A DNA stretch of 64,000 nucleotides from the human T2T-CHM13v2.0 reference genome, Homo sapiens. Below the pieces are notes generated by a model. It was given only the letters and a program-made list of their open reading frames with translations, was not told the DNA's origin and searched no databases. The position numbers and the translations under genes were made by a program. The stretch lies in assembly GCF_009914755.1 (NCBI RefSeq), contig NC_060929.1; one strand, given 5' to 3'. Position 1 is the first letter of the stretch. Every line of letters begins with the position of its first letter. Positions 14,445-34,951 of the stretch are shown here, in pieces.

Positions 14445-15390
14445 GTCTATTGCAGTGCAACAAGCCACCCTGAAATTTAGTGTTTTAAAACAAGCGTTTT
14501 ATTATGCTTATGGTTTATGTGAGTCAGGAGTTTGAACAGAATACACCAAGTACGGCCTCTCTCCATGATGGCTGGAACCTCAGCTGAGGAGAGTCAAATA
14601 TCTGGGGGCTGGAATCATTTGGAGACAGGGTCACCAACCCCTGGGCCACAGACTGGTACTGGCTGCTCTCCATCACTTTATTACAGCCTGAGCTCTGCCT
14701 CCTGTCAGATCAGTGGCGGCATTAGATTCTCACAGGAGGCGAACCCTATTGTGAACTGTGTGTGCAAGGGATCTGGGTTGCATGCTCCTTATAAGAATCT
14801 AATGCTTGATAATCTGTCACTATCTCCCATCACCCTCAGATGGGATCATCCAGTTGCTGGAAAACAAACTCAGGTCTCCCACTGGTTCTACATTATGGTG
14901 AGTTGTATAATTATTTCATTATATATCATAATGTAATAATAATAGAAATAAAGTACACAATAAATGTATGTGCTTGAATCATCCTGAAACCATCCCCCCA
15001 CAACCTGGTCCATGGAAAAATTGTCTTTCACGAAACTGGTCCCTGGTGCCATATGTCTGAGACCTGGAATGGAAGGATGGGAAGGCTGGACACAGCTGAG
15101 ACTCTTGGCTACCTTCATGAGGCCTCTCTATATAACTTGGGCTTCTCTCAACACAGCTACCTTCAGGTAGTCAAACTTCTTACTTACAAGAAGACCAGTG
15201 TTCCCGTAAACAAAACAAAACCTGGATGGACTTTTATCACCTGGCTTTGGAAGTCACATGGTGTCACTCTCACTGTTCAATATTGATTGAAGCAGACAAG
15301 CCAATTTAGACTCAAGGGGAAGAGACAAAGACCTCACCCTCAATGGGATCAATATCATTAAATTTGTGGACACGTTTAAAAACCTTCACA
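14445..15390 (-). mobile_element. MaLR LTR (MLT1-type) interrupted by MER1A
   Basis: tattgcagtgcaacaagccaccctgaaatttagtg start. MLT-like sequence resumes after 15051. Confidence 0.6.
14626..15051 (+). mobile_element. MER1A (hAT-Charlie) lacking its right terminus
   Basis: Left TIR-like cagggtcaccaacc, gtcagatcagtggcggcattagattctca, ends at gaaactggtccctggtgcca. Confidence 0.85.
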
Positions 15391-16557
15391 TGTTTCACTA
15401 AGGTCACTGAATACATACAAAGTTTTTAGTAAAACATATGCTCATAAACCACATATTTTTTCATATGAAAGTCGTGGGAAGGAATGTAAGGATTTCCTTT
15501 GGACTTTAGTTTCTATTTTCTGATTAATTTTTCCCCAATATCCTTCTAGAGGTGAAGGGAAAAATATACTTGCCTGCAAAATCAAGTATCCCTATTCTTA
15601 AAGACACATATAATAATTTCATTTTGGAGTAATAGTGCTTTTCATAGTGGTTGAGAAACTAATAGCTAACACTCTTAAGTAATGACTTGTTCAAAATAGA
15701 GTATCAATGATTTATATTGATTACAGATTGAAAGCTCACATCTTTAAAATGTACATACTCTTACTATCTGTTTTAGAAATAAGCAGAGTGATGAAGCTGA
15801 GAGATGTAGCCCAGCAAAAAAAAAAGAAAAAAAAGAAAAAAAGAAATGAAATGAAAGAAAAGAAATAGAAGGAGAGGAAGTTGGGACACCTATGTCCTAG
15901 ATATTAAACCAGGTGATCCTCTAGTTGTTGAATCTGAAACTGAGGTAGAGAACACCTTTCCTTTCGACTGCTTGGGGTTTATTATTAGGGCTGGGTTTGG
16001 AGTGATAAAATTGATCTTAAAGGAAATATATTTATATGAGTATAATGATTCTTTGTGCAAAAATGTTGATCCTAGACCAATGGCCTTCAAACTTTTCTGT
16101 ATTTTAAATAAAAATTAATGGTAAAAATAAAATAGAGCAAGCAGAAGAATGCTTAATAGGATACAAACAAAAGCAGCTTTCTTCTTTCCTGTTACCTGCT
16201 CTGACCCAAAATGTCCAGGCTTTCTCAGTAATTTTTAAGGTGTTCACAAATAGTCTCATTAAAAATGCCCAGTTCATACCATTATTTCATGGTGTTAATA
16301 TCTCATCCAATTTAAACCTTCTCCACACTAGGTTGGGCCCAACCGAAATCGAGGTGAGTTTGCTGTAAGAATAGGAATGAGAATGAGGACCTGGGGGAGG
16401 CAAGGAGAGGGAGGTACACAATTACCTTTTCTACCCTTTCCCCAACTCCGTCTTCCCATCTTAGCCTACTCACCGTGCTGCCTTTTGGTGCTCCAGGAAT
16501 GGGCAGAAGAGCAAGGGGAAATTCAAGTGAAGAAGCTTTTGAATAAGAGAGTTGTAG

Positions 16558-16930
<373 letters not shown>

Positions 16931-17305
16931 TGAACTGTAATTCTACATTACTGTTCTTCTGTCTTTTGAGCACTTTTGCAGGTTTCCTGGAGCTTCCTCC
17001 CGCTAGTGCTCTGTGAACGCAGTTTGCTGATATAGGCATGCTCTCTTGGGCTGTCTACTTAAACTTTCCTCAGTGTCTGCTGTCCTGTCTTCCACACCTT
17101 ACATGAGGCCCATGTGGGTAAAGTCTAACTCAAGGATCCCCAACAAAAGCCAGAGGGAAGGAAAAACTCACATCTAGGCTGTCATGGTGGGAAAGTGACC
17201 CATTCCTAATCCAGGACGCCCTCTTCACTCTGCTATCACAGGCCACTCTTGCCAGCTTCACCTTTATAGAATTATTTTGACTTCTACTTCTATGTTTCTT
17301 AAACT

Positions 17306-17307
<2 letters not shown>

Positions 17308-17340
<33 letters not shown>

Positions 17341-17627
17341 TTTTTTGAGTCAGAGTCTCGCTCTGTCACCCAGGCTGGAGTGCAGTGGCACGATCTGGGC
17401 TCACTGCAAGCTCTGCCTACCAGGTTCACGCCATTCCCCTGCCTCAGCCTCCTAAGGAGTTGGGACTACAGGCACCCGCCACCACGCCCGGCTAATTTTT
17501 TGTATTTTTAGTAGAGACGGGGTTTCATTGTGTTAGCCAGGATGGTCTCAATCTCTTGACCTCGTGATCCATCCACCTCAGCCTCCCAAAGTGCTGGGAT
17601 TACAGGCGTAAGCCACCGCGCTCGGCC
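17308..17627 (-). mobile_element. AluY with (TTTA)n tail
   Basis: AluY diagnostics (cactgcaagctc, ttcacgccattc, ttagccaggatggtc). TSD tcttaaacttt at 17297-17307 and 17629-17639. Confidence 0.96.
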
Positions 17628-17673
17628 CTCTTAAACTTTCTTTTTTTTTTTTTTTTTTAAAAAGAGATGCCTA

Positions 17674-17959
17674 TCATTCTCAGCAAACTATCGCAAGGAC
17701 AAAAAACCGAACACCGCATGTTCTCACTCATAAGTGGGAATTGAACAATGAGAACACATGGACACAGGAAGGGGAACATCACACACCAGGGCCTGTTGTG
17801 GGGTGGGGGAAGGGGGGAGGGATAGCATTAGGAGATATACCTAATGTTAAATGACGAGTTAATGGGTGCAGCACACCAACATGGCACATGTATACATATG
17901 TAACAAACCTGCACGTTGTGCACATGTACCCTAAAACTTAAAGTATAATTAAAAAAAAA
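17674..17959 (+). mobile_element. L1PA4/5-like 3' end, heavily 5'-truncated
   Basis: L1 3'UTR plus poly-A. TSD agatgccta at 17665-17673 and 17960-17968. Confidence 0.95.
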
Positions 17960-18751
17960 AGATGCCTAGAAACCACTGAGTGTGTTTCTTTGAAATCCTT
18001 CTGGTTGATTGGAGAACACGAAGGAAGGCAGGGAAGACACCAATCTTTCAATATTTCTATCCTTAAAGAAATCCTCTCTATAATCTCACTAGTGGATTTC
18101 CCAACTCCCTCTCATATATTCCTCACCTGGGTAATGAGCCAATGGTTACTAGTCAGGTTTCACTATCTCTTGGCCTAGTCTAGTCTACAAACATATCTGA
18201 TCTGGAACCTACTTTTTCAGCTTTTTGAGTCTAGGCCTAAAAACCCTTGAGACTGCACTTAATATTCTGATATATTTACTAACATATTCACTAATGTGTC
18301 ACCTTTTATAATTCTGTTTTAACTTATTTGCTATGAAAGCTTTCCTGAAGATTCATTGAATATATTCTATGTGTAGCAATAGCTCTTCAGCCTTACTCTG
18401 CAATCTCTCTCTCTCTCTCTCTCAATTCTAATCAGATAATCTGCTTCATCAGTTATTATCCTTACAGTTTTATTCTCCCACTGAAAGCTCTTATTTTTCT
18501 TCCTTCACATACTAGGTTGAGAGCTTTTGTTGTTAGCTTCCTTTTTTGGATACGTTGTTTCTTTAGTAGCTCCTTCGGTTGCTCTTCTTACATCCATTAT
18601 TGAAATGCTATCCAGCAAATTCATATTTAAGCTAAGAAAGGTTGGAAAAAAATCTGTATTTAATTTATTCGACAGTGTAACAAAAATGGCTTATTCTAAC
18701 ACATATCTCTTCAAAATTTCAGCAATACTTTCTCTGTGTCTGACAACACTA

Positions 18752-19102
<351 letters not shown>

Positions 19103-19257
19103 TTAGTTTGTCACCAAATCCTTTGCCACACATTATCTCAGTCATTTTTACTATGAAAGAAAGAATTAATGTTCTCTCAGAAGGAATTTTTTTTTGTCTT
19201 TCACAAGTAAAAGACTTCAAGAAAATATCTGAATGATTACTTTAAAAATACCTTGCT

Positions 19258-19852
<595 letters not shown>

Positions 19853-20541
19853 TCAAGGCAAAATAAACACGTAAAGGAAATTTCATCTGTATTTCAAATG
19901 ATCTCTTTCACCAATTCTTATTAAATCTGAAAAGATGGTATTTAACCTAGTATTGTGGTTAATAACAGTTTTATACTTAAAGAAGAACAGGCAAAGTGTC
20001 AGATTGACCATTCTCTTGTTTTCCAACTGGGCTTTCGTAATTAATGTTATCTTGAGTTTAAGGATATATATAATAATATTTTGTAAACCACATCATCAGT
20101 TTAGGGAGGTTGGTTTCTTTAAACTTTAGACCATTATCTGTATAAATCCACCTAGCATAGTTCACATAAACTTCTATGTTTCCATACGCTAAAAGTGAGG
20201 GGAAAAAATGAAGGCATCACTTGACCTCTCTGTTCTGTGAAACTGCCACACTTCCTTCAGGGTCACGTCATAGCACATCTCGCATAATGGCCTGCCATGT
20301 GGACCTTATGAGGGACCAGAGTCATTCCATATCTTCAATATCAGTAAAGTCTTTTTCCTTATTTTGGGATGATATTCTTTTATATTTTCTTTGTGCTCGC
20401 CACACATTTGCACATTCCCTGATGTACACACATCGCACATTTAAGGGTTGTGTTCTGGACCAAACTGCATCCAGAGATGGGGAATTCACCTCCAAAGAAA
20501 AGAATTATTCTAACAAATTTGAAAGCTCTAACTGCTACTAA

Positions 20542-20883
<342 letters not shown>

Positions 20884-21875
20884 TATTTACTCAATTATTC
20901 ACCTGCTGGTCCTAGGATAGCCAAAGGTAGTAGACAAGGAAGAAGAGCCCCTTAAGTATTTGATTTTTCATTTTCTAATGCAGATCATTTGGGTTGCCAA
21001 ATGATTTATATGGTCAACACAATTGTAAACCTCAATGAAACAGAAATTGGTTTCAACTATTTCTTAAATCATGGTCTAATTAGACAAATAGAGTTCAAAT
21101 ACTATGCTACTACCAAATCACAATTTGTTGACAAAATCTGTCGCATCACCAAATTTACCAGTAGAGAAATTTCATAATTCTCCAGGGCGTTTCTTCTGAA
21201 CTGACTCGCAGATATTCTGAAACTTACATCTCTTTAGCTCTTTTGATTCAGCTGGAAAGAACTCGCTTCTTCCCTGTACAGACAGTGCTTGTACTAAACA
21301 TTCCTTATTTCCATGACATGAATTGATGCTCTCTTTGAGGTAAAAGTTTGTTCTTGTTCCGTTTGAAGTTAAACTGAGATCAGGGAAGAGAATCAGTTGG
21401 AGAGTTCCATTATGAGTACCAGGTAAAAGGAAACACCTCAACCTATATCATCTAAAAAACTTCCCAAACTGGCCATCGTGTAATAATAGAAACAACCCGT
21501 GAAAAGCTTGCTACTTCTGGTACAGTGATTTTAGCCTCTGAACAATACATATGAGAACGGTGAAAAGTGCATAGTGAAAAACCCCACACACTCAGCAAAT
21601 GTGATCCTAGAGTTAGCATTGTTAGTGATTTCGTCCTTATTAAGAGTTTGTTTGGGTCTGATAGACTTTTCAAAGCACAAAATATTTCTCATTAATTTTG
21701 TCTTTTCTTTCTTAAAGATAAATTCTCAGCACACTGGATTCTCTTTGAGTGGCCTGAGAGGGAAATCCCCAGTGGGTTTTCAGTAGCCATTTTAAAAACA
21801 GGGTCTGTTTGCATGTAAGCAGCAAGGCCACATAAATGTTATGATTATACATCTTTTACACCTCACAAAAAATTA

Positions 21876-22003
21876 GAATGACCTTATAAAATTCTCCAAG
21901 ACTGGACATTTTTAAGAGTGAACGGGTATAGTAATAACAAGAAGGTAGGAAAAGAGGCATAAACTCGAACTGTCCTGGGCAAACCTGGAGGTATGCTCTT
22001 CCC
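21876..22003 (+). mobile_element. MER94-like (hAT-Blackjack) MITE
   Basis: ggacatttttaagagtgaa and gcataaactcgaactgtcctgggcaaacctggaggtatg resemble the recalled MER94 consensus. Confidence 0.6.
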
Positions 22004-22284
22004 ATGTAAAGTGTGTGACAGCCAGCAACACACAGCCAGTGGGTCCCAGACTTTCTACAAAGTGTTTCCTCCAACTATCTGTGCATCACAGTCCCCTGGG
22101 CTGCTTGTTAAATTAACCAGGCCTCACTTCCTAGATGGTTACATTATCCATATTTTCAAGTTTCTGTCTGATTCTGATCACATTATTCAACTCAAAACTT
22201 GTGTAGGCTATTTCCCTCTGAAATCCTTCTACACTTGTGGCACACAATGGACTTGTCTATGTGCATATTTAGCCTATTCACCCT

Positions 22285-22986
22285 TTATATATATTGAAAT
22301 TTAAGATGTATATTTTCACATTTTAACATCTTGAAAATCCAGAAATATCTTACAGTTGACGACATCTTAATATCAGAACATAATTTTCAGTGCCCATGGA
22401 TTCAGGAATTTGGTTTGTTGTTCCTGGAGGCCTGACTGGACAATTGTAGACCATCAATGTTGATGTTTAAGTCAATCAACAGTTTGAGAATCATATGAGG
22501 AAAGAATATGATACCCAGTTGTTATCTGATGATTTTTTATTGACACCTTCAGATACAAGTAAGAACAGAGGCATCAAATTTTGCATAATGGGTGTCAGCA
22601 AGTTTGAGAAAAATTTCCTGGAGGAAATACTGCTGTGTTTTTACAAAATATCTCAGTATGTGTCAATTCAGTGGCACAGCATTTTCTGTGGAAAAAACTC
22701 AGGCATTGATGCCTCAGAATTGAAGAATGATTCACAACAACTGGACAAAGGATGAAGAAGTTTTAAGGATATCTTAACACAATTATTTAACTTAATCTTT
22801 CCTTTTTATGTGCAAGAATGTTAGGATAAATATCTAAGTCTAAAAGAGCTCTTTCAATTAAAAATAAATTTGAAGTGACAAAAAGTATATGCTTTTGGTT
22901 ATTTGGCAGATTTTAAAACATTTTCTAGTAGTTCATTAAAATATTCTGTTGTAATTAATAATGTCTGAGACTTGATGACACATGGT
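22285..22986 (+). mobile_element. Kanga1/MER104-like TcMar-Tc2 DNA transposon with transposase remnant
   Basis: Ends resemble MER104 (taagatgtatattttcacattttaacatc ... gacttgatgacacatgg). Internal translation VVPGGLTGQL*..FENHMRKEYDTQLLSDDFLLTPS resembles the pogo/Tc2 DDE region. Confidence 0.7.
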
Positions 22987-24384
22987 GTGTAACTACTCAA
23001 AAAAAAAAAGTTAAATTATTTGGCAATTTTGCTTGCTATTCCATTCTGTCAACATGTGCCCTAGAATGAATATATAACAAGGAACACTGATATCAGTTAA
23101 TTTCAATTCCACTGCACTGCTCATAATAGAACATCTCCCCACAAAGTACGTGAATTCAGTGTTAAATATTTTTTAAAACATGTTCCTTTAAAATGAGCAA
23201 AGTAATTATCTGAAGCTCTAGCTAGAGTGTTCTATGTTAGAAAAAAATTACCTGGGTGATTCAATGAATTTTGAAGGGCAGTTCTGAGTCTGCACAATAA
23301 CTAGAACAAGCCAGTGCCTGTTTAAGATGGTCTCCTCAGCACAACCAGACAACCACAAGCACAAAAAAGAAATAACAGCGCTCCCTGTCAGATTTAGTAG
23401 GATGTTTGCAAAGTTGTTAACTACCGAAAGCATCCAGGAAGAAAAGATCTGGGCTTGCATAGGTAGGAGTTTTGAACTGTGCCCCCCTCTTCCACAACTT
23501 TTCTTTCTAGTTGTGTTTCTTTTCAGCCTGTACAGGGAAGCCCAGCTGCCAACAGACAGCAGGCTGAACGGTAGCCAGCTGCTTTATAACTGTGTTAGCC
23601 AGAAGCCCTCATGAGAAATATTTTTCCTGGAAAATAAATTATAACATGTCTAAGTGGTGCCTGACAAAGCTAAACAGGAGGCATGCTGCTCTATTGCAAA
23701 TTCATCTGCAGTCTCTGGGTAGAGAGACAAATAAAAGCACTTCATCAAAATCAGTCACAGAAACCCAGGAATACCCATAGGAGACCACTAAACTCTAAAT
23801 ACCAATCAATTTCTCCAACTTTTTTTGTCAAACTTGCAAGTCCTTTTAAGCAGTGTCTTCTTGAACTGCCAGGCAGCAGCTGGCTGGTATGGAGGGAGAA
23901 CAGAAGGAGTACAGTTTGGGGGCCTTCTATGACACAGCGGTTTATCTAGCTGAGGACACTTATTGCTGAAGGGCTTATTTGGCCTTAGAGCATCAATTAA
24001 GGTTAAAGCTAAAAGCCTGCTCTTACTTCTTTATATTCACAATGTCTCTGCTTAAAGAAGTTTACCTAAATACACCAGGACACAATATAAATAGAAAATG
24101 TTTTAGGAAGCTACCCCTCTCTGACCACAAGTAAAAAACTGCAGCTCTGCAAGTAACTCAATACACAGCCTGTACTTAGTGTTAGATCATTTAAAAAATA
24201 TTTAACTTAACATGTAACTCAAATTTAACTGAACATGGCGTCTGCACTTAGTGTTTGATATTTGATTATTTGCTCATCCCTGACAACCACAACCACAGTT
24301 TCACTGGGGCAAGGTATTAATGCTAATACCTTAGCTAGCCCATATTGACCTTGATATAATTACTATTTATGATGCACCTATTCT

Positions 24385-24653
<269 letters not shown>

Positions 24654-25218
24654 TATATTGCAGAGATGCATGATAATCTCCACCCTTGGAGAATTCATGA
24701 TTTTATTCAGGAATCTGATAGTCATAAAGGATGGCTTTGCTCCAGGCTATACAACTGACTAGTTGTGTAACTGTGGGAAAGTCACTTAGCTCTTATTATT
24801 AAGGTGAGTTTGGCATAAGAGTTACATATAAAGAAAGTCATTACGGTCAATACACTGGAAGAGTAAAAGAATGGAAGAAGGAAAGACAAACTTGGAGCCA
24901 TCAAAATATAAGAAGCATGAGTCAAGGTGAGATTAAGGATGGAGAAAAATGGGTGGATTTATTATGTTTTTTTTTGAGAAAGACTCAAATGTTCTTCTAA
25001 TACCTCACTTGCCAGGCTAGGGATGTCCTGCTAAATTTACATTGATTCTGTGGAGCTGGTGAGGTTATCAGCTAAGGGACTGAAATATATACAGCTCTTT
25101 TGTAGCTAGGTGTGTGATCTTCAAATATCATTTAATCTCACCAGAGACTGGTATTCTTTATAATGAAATAGAGGTAATATTCCTGTGACCCACCTCTCTC
25201 TTAAGAATATACAAATAA

Positions 25219-25521
25219 GGCCAGGCGCAGAGGATCACGCCTGTAATCCCAGCACTTTGGGAGGCCAAGGCAGGCAGATCCTTGAGGTCAGGACTTCAAG
25301 ACCAGCCTGGCCAATATGGTGAAACCCCATCTCTATTAAAAAATACAAAAATTAGCTGGACATGGTGATAGGTGACTGTAATCTGAGCTACTCGGCAGGC
25401 TAAGGCAGGAGACTCACTTGAACCCAGGAGGTGGAGGTTGCAGTAAGCCAAAATTGTGCCACTGCACTCCAGCCTGGGCAACAGAGTGAGACGCCATCTC
25501 AAAAAAAAAAAAAAAAAAAAA
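25219..25521 (+). mobile_element. Alu (AluSx-like)
   Basis: ggccaggcgcag start, full dimer, long A tail. Confidence 0.96.
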
Positions 25522-25994
25522 GAATATAATCGGTGTAAAAATGGTTGGAAAGAAAAGCTGCTATTTTGGATGTACAAGGCAATGTTATTATTTGCTGAAA
25601 GGTTTCAGGTACTAAGGATTCAGGTAAATGGTCCACTCAGCATTTACATATTTTCCTCTAATAAATAAACCCATGCATAATTTACTTAATAGAAAACTAA
25701 AGACAATAAATTAGAAGAGCTAGAAAAATATGACTATTTTCTTAAATGCATCACATTCAAATTAGAGAAATCTAAGGCCCAATATCACAAGGTCAAAGTA
25801 ATCTTACTCAAGCCTGACTTCAAATTGTCTTAATTTACAAAATAGGTTCATCCATGAGAGTCTTTCCAAATAAGGCAATGCTAGAGAAATATCTAGGAAA
25901 TTGGATATAGTGTTTACATGTTGATAAACTACTTTTGCCTGGATTGTAATGGATTTATTCATTTTTCTTCATAGCAAATAAAAAATAAAAATAT

Positions 25995-30400
<4,406 letters not shown>

Positions 30401-32682
30401 AATATTTGTGTTTTATACTATAAAGTAATGTGGGTGATAAAGGTCAAAATATATGTTCTTAACATGTAATGTGAACCACTTGGCATAGGCAACATGAAAT
30501 AGACTGAGGGGTCCTTGTTATATGAGCATAATTAATTAACAACAATAAAAAATAACAAAAGTTATTTCAAGCAGTGAGAAAACATTTTGATTCCAGTTTC
30601 ATCTTGTTAAATAAAGCATAAAGTCATGAAAAAGTTGCTTTTTTTTAGATATAAGTCAAAGAAGAAATTGTCATCTGGTTTTCAGGAGAATGTCTCAATT
30701 GCAGATTTCTTAATTAAGTGGTTTGTTTCTTAGAAAGTAAAAGTTTATAAACTCCATCAATTATTTAACATGTATTTTATGACTCACATAGCTGTCTCAT
30801 TTTAAAAATTCATCTATTTCTGGTAAGATCAATAGTATATGTCTCTAATATATCTTACTTTAAAAGTAGGAAACTCACTGAAAGTTTTATGATTAAAACG
30901 AAGTTTGAGGAAGCTATTTAAAACATGCTTCATAGATGATGGTTCCATGGGTTATCCTCAAACCCACATATTCTTTTCCTTCATGAAATTCATTTATATG
31001 AGTAGAAAAATATACTATCGTAAAAGCCCTGGAACTCTAGAAGAATTTCATGAGAATTATGGCATAGAATGGGTTTAACATAGCCAGTTGCTTTATATTA
31101 ATAAAACTCATTTGTTTCATAGATACAGGAACGTTTCCCACTACCTAAATTAAAAAAGCATGGTTTAGATTGAGAAGGATTGAGACCAGAAAATGGAAAG
31201 TCATTAGTAACCCTGCAGCATACTCCAAATCTCTGGTGTTTGCTGTCTCTGCTTATTGTTGTTATGTCACCATAGAGTGGGTTTCTCTTTTTTGTTTTCT
31301 GTTGGGTTTGGTTTCGCTTTGTTTCTTATTTTTGTTTTTCCCTAATGAGCTTGATTGCTTGTTCAGAACAGGAATTTTGCTGCTTTTAGCACCATCAGCC
31401 AACTGAATTGAACCCCAATGACCTAACTCAAAAATATCTGAAAAGAAAACTTGGTTACTCCAGTGTGGGTTAAGTATCTATTGCACATAATTGGTTTTGG
31501 CCAGGTAGGTGAGCTTATGTAGTCCAAACCCGTAGATGTAAATGAGAAGAGGGGAAATTTCTTAAAAGCCATAATTGGGCTGGACAGGTGTCCTAGAGGT
31601 TTTCTACTGCATTGTTAATTCACCAAAGCTTATTGTCATGGGATGTCAATATTAAATTGTTGGTGGCTGAGAGTCAGGGCTATTTCCTGGTCTGTTTTAA
31701 CTTCTCTGTGATAAGTGAATTATGCATATGAAAATGTGCACTTCAAAGCATGAAAGGCAGTCTTCCCATTTGGGACCACATTTTAAATGTAGCCAATCAA
31801 CAATCAACTAATGTTAGTTCTTATACATTGACTATGGTTCATATCTGGAGATAATAATCAAATACAGCATTTCAATTAGCAGAATAAGCAGGATGAATTT
31901 GACTCCTAAATAATTGCAGCAGATCTTTAAATAAGAAATTCTGTAGAGAAAGATTATGTGAGGAAGAAGGGAGAATCTTTAATTTTTTTATAGTACATAT
32001 TTCAAATATCTGCCTAAATGCTTGAGTGTAAAGCAATTTAATTCAGTTCTAAATATTTGTAAATCATTTCCGAAGTCCAGACTATCCATTATAGTTATAG
32101 CTAACATTTATTGAAATTACACCTGTACATGAAGTAAGGTGCTTCCTTTTTCATGTATTATTTCATGACATTCTGAGATAGGTTCATTATACTTGTGTTT
32201 AATCAGAACATTAAAAAGTTGCCTGTGAAAGGCCATGAGACTAGGGGATAGAAAAGCAAAATGCTACCCCAATTCTACCTGAGACCAGAGTTCATGGTGT
32301 TTTGTTTTTGTTTTAACTACTTACTGATATTAAAAATAATTCAATACAGAGTTATATCCATCCTTTTTTCTCATTAGATTCTTTCTGTTAATTATTTCTA
32401 ACATAGTATTTAATTTCTAACATTTTGTCGTATGTCAAAAAATTATTCAGATAGCTTTTACTCATTTTTTTTGCAAATGTGTTTTTCCTATGAACACAAA
32501 TCTTATCATAACTAAAGATTATATACATCAAGATTTGTGGGATTGATGGTGAATTTAAAATTATGAAACTAGAGCTATAAACTTTAGTAACATGTCTCAT
32601 CTCACATAGAAATGTAAAAGAAAAATGTTTTTAAAATTAGAGATGTGAAGATGGAGAAACAAATTATAAGATACTTTTACAG

Positions 32683-32814
32683 GGCTGGGCACAGTGGCTC
32701 ATGCCTGTAATCCCAGCACTTTGGGCGGCCGAGGCAGGAGGATCCCTTGAGCCCAGGAGATCGAGATCAGCCTGGGAAACATAGCAAGACCCTGTCTCAA
32801 TAGAATAAAATAAA
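32683..32814 (+). mobile_element. FLAM / free left Alu monomer
   Basis: Monomeric Alu with TSD atacttttacag at 32671-32682 and 32815-32826. Confidence 0.9.
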
Positions 32815-33239
32815 ATACTTTTACAGAATGTCTTTCATCTCCATGTATGTATGTGTAAGTGTCTTTCTCTATACCTTATAAATTATAGTTGACATGGTTA
32901 ATACCTAAAGCTCAGTCACCTTTTCAGTTTCTGTTTCTGGTCTTTAAGATTTGTTCCTTTCTCCACCATGCCTCACTATGTGTCACCAAACTTAATTCAG
33001 CATCAGTGCTCCAAATACTCCATCCTACAATTAGAGAAACCACTGAATTCCGATATCCTCCACCCAAATGGTAATGAAGATTAGAGAAAGTGACGCCCAT
33101 GCATAGCGGAGAAGTGGATTGCAGATATAACAAGGTATACTCAAAAAAAAATGCGTAATGTATGTTAGCCTGGGCTAGGGGGGCATCAGTTACAGAGCCT
33201 CCTTTGAGAGTTTTGCAGCTTAGTGAGGAGTTTACATGA

Positions 33240-33541
<302 letters not shown>

Positions 33542-34951
33542 TTAAATGATTTTTGAGAAACAAATTACTGAGACACTTAAAAAAGAAATGAAATTAAAGT
33601 TGATAACATTAGTTCAGAATAAGCATGTTCTTTAAGTGGTATAAACTGTTTGTTTATTTACAAAAAGAATGTAAAATACAAATGTTTGTTTTTGATATTT
33701 TATATGGATTTCTATTATGCAGGAGCACAGTAAACTGAGATGTAAAACACCTTATTCAACAACAAGGATGCTGACTCAAAAGCAAAAGTTGAAGCACATT
33801 ATGAATGAATGTCAAAAGGGAAAAATCTAAAGCTAACATAAAAGAGTGCAACTACATCAAATTGGATAAGGAATAGTATTTTATAGCCAATTAATGAATA
33901 TTTAAAGGACATCAACCTCATCTCTTTGAAACACATATGAACATAGTTGAGCTAGAGGGTGACATGATGTATATATTTAATCCAGAGGCATTTTTGTTAA
34001 AATTTTTCAACAGTTTTAATCACATGTATTTAGTGATTCATATAATTGCTAAATTATAATCTAACCAAATAGCCAGAAGTAACTTTTATATCATTTGTTA
34101 CATAATCATAATTGGCCAGATTATTGCAAACTCACAAGTTTATGAATGATTACTGTAAAAGAATTTGAATTGGTCAATTATAAAGAACAATGCATCCCTT
34201 AATTAATATTTATTTTAATAAAATTCATCACTCCAGAAAGTTTGCCTTAAGCAATAATGTTTTCAAAACATCTTTTATGACATTTCACTTCCTGAATATG
34301 GTTATATTATAAACTTTTGAATAAGTGGTTGAAAAAGATTTAGGACAATATGATGCAATATAATTTTTAGCTCCATGGTAATAATTTTCAAATTGGAGAT
34401 AGAAATGATGAGCTTATTTAATAAAGACTTGAATATGTATATTCTTCTACATGTCTGTAAAGATGATTCATGAACAACTTAGGGAGCAATCATTTCAACC
34501 TTCAGTTAAAAGATAAAGAGTAAAACAACAATATTTCTTTTGCTGTGAATTTAATATGAATATTTTAACCAATTTGCAGACTCATCAGATCTAACACTAA
34601 TGTAAGATGGCTATAATATTTTCTTTTATGAATATTATTGACTGAAGGTTAGGAAAGACTCCCTTCTTCTTGCCAAGTACTACATTAATAAATGAAAATT
34701 TTTATTAGGTGTCTGAGTGAATAAAAGTCAGACTCTCAAGAGATAGACATCCATCAGTATTTTAACAAAGTTTTTAAATATTGTAGATATTAATGAAAAG
34801 CAGTCACCATATATCCATTTTTTCCCCATCTGTGTTAATGAAAATGTTTTGAAAGTTCAAATGCTACTGATTTGGGTTTACCACCACCTGCCATTTTCTT
34901 ATTAGATGTGTCATTCACAACAAAATTTCTCTACTAATCAAGCTCTGTGGG

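Noticed and set aside
15795-15880. tRNA/SINE-like head (gctgagagatgtagcccagc) followed by an A-rich run
   Set aside because: Too short, with no B box or TSD. Treated as low-complexity sequence.
31385-31400. tagcaccatc resembling the miR-29 5' end
   Set aside because: Only about 10 nt match and there is no evident hairpin.
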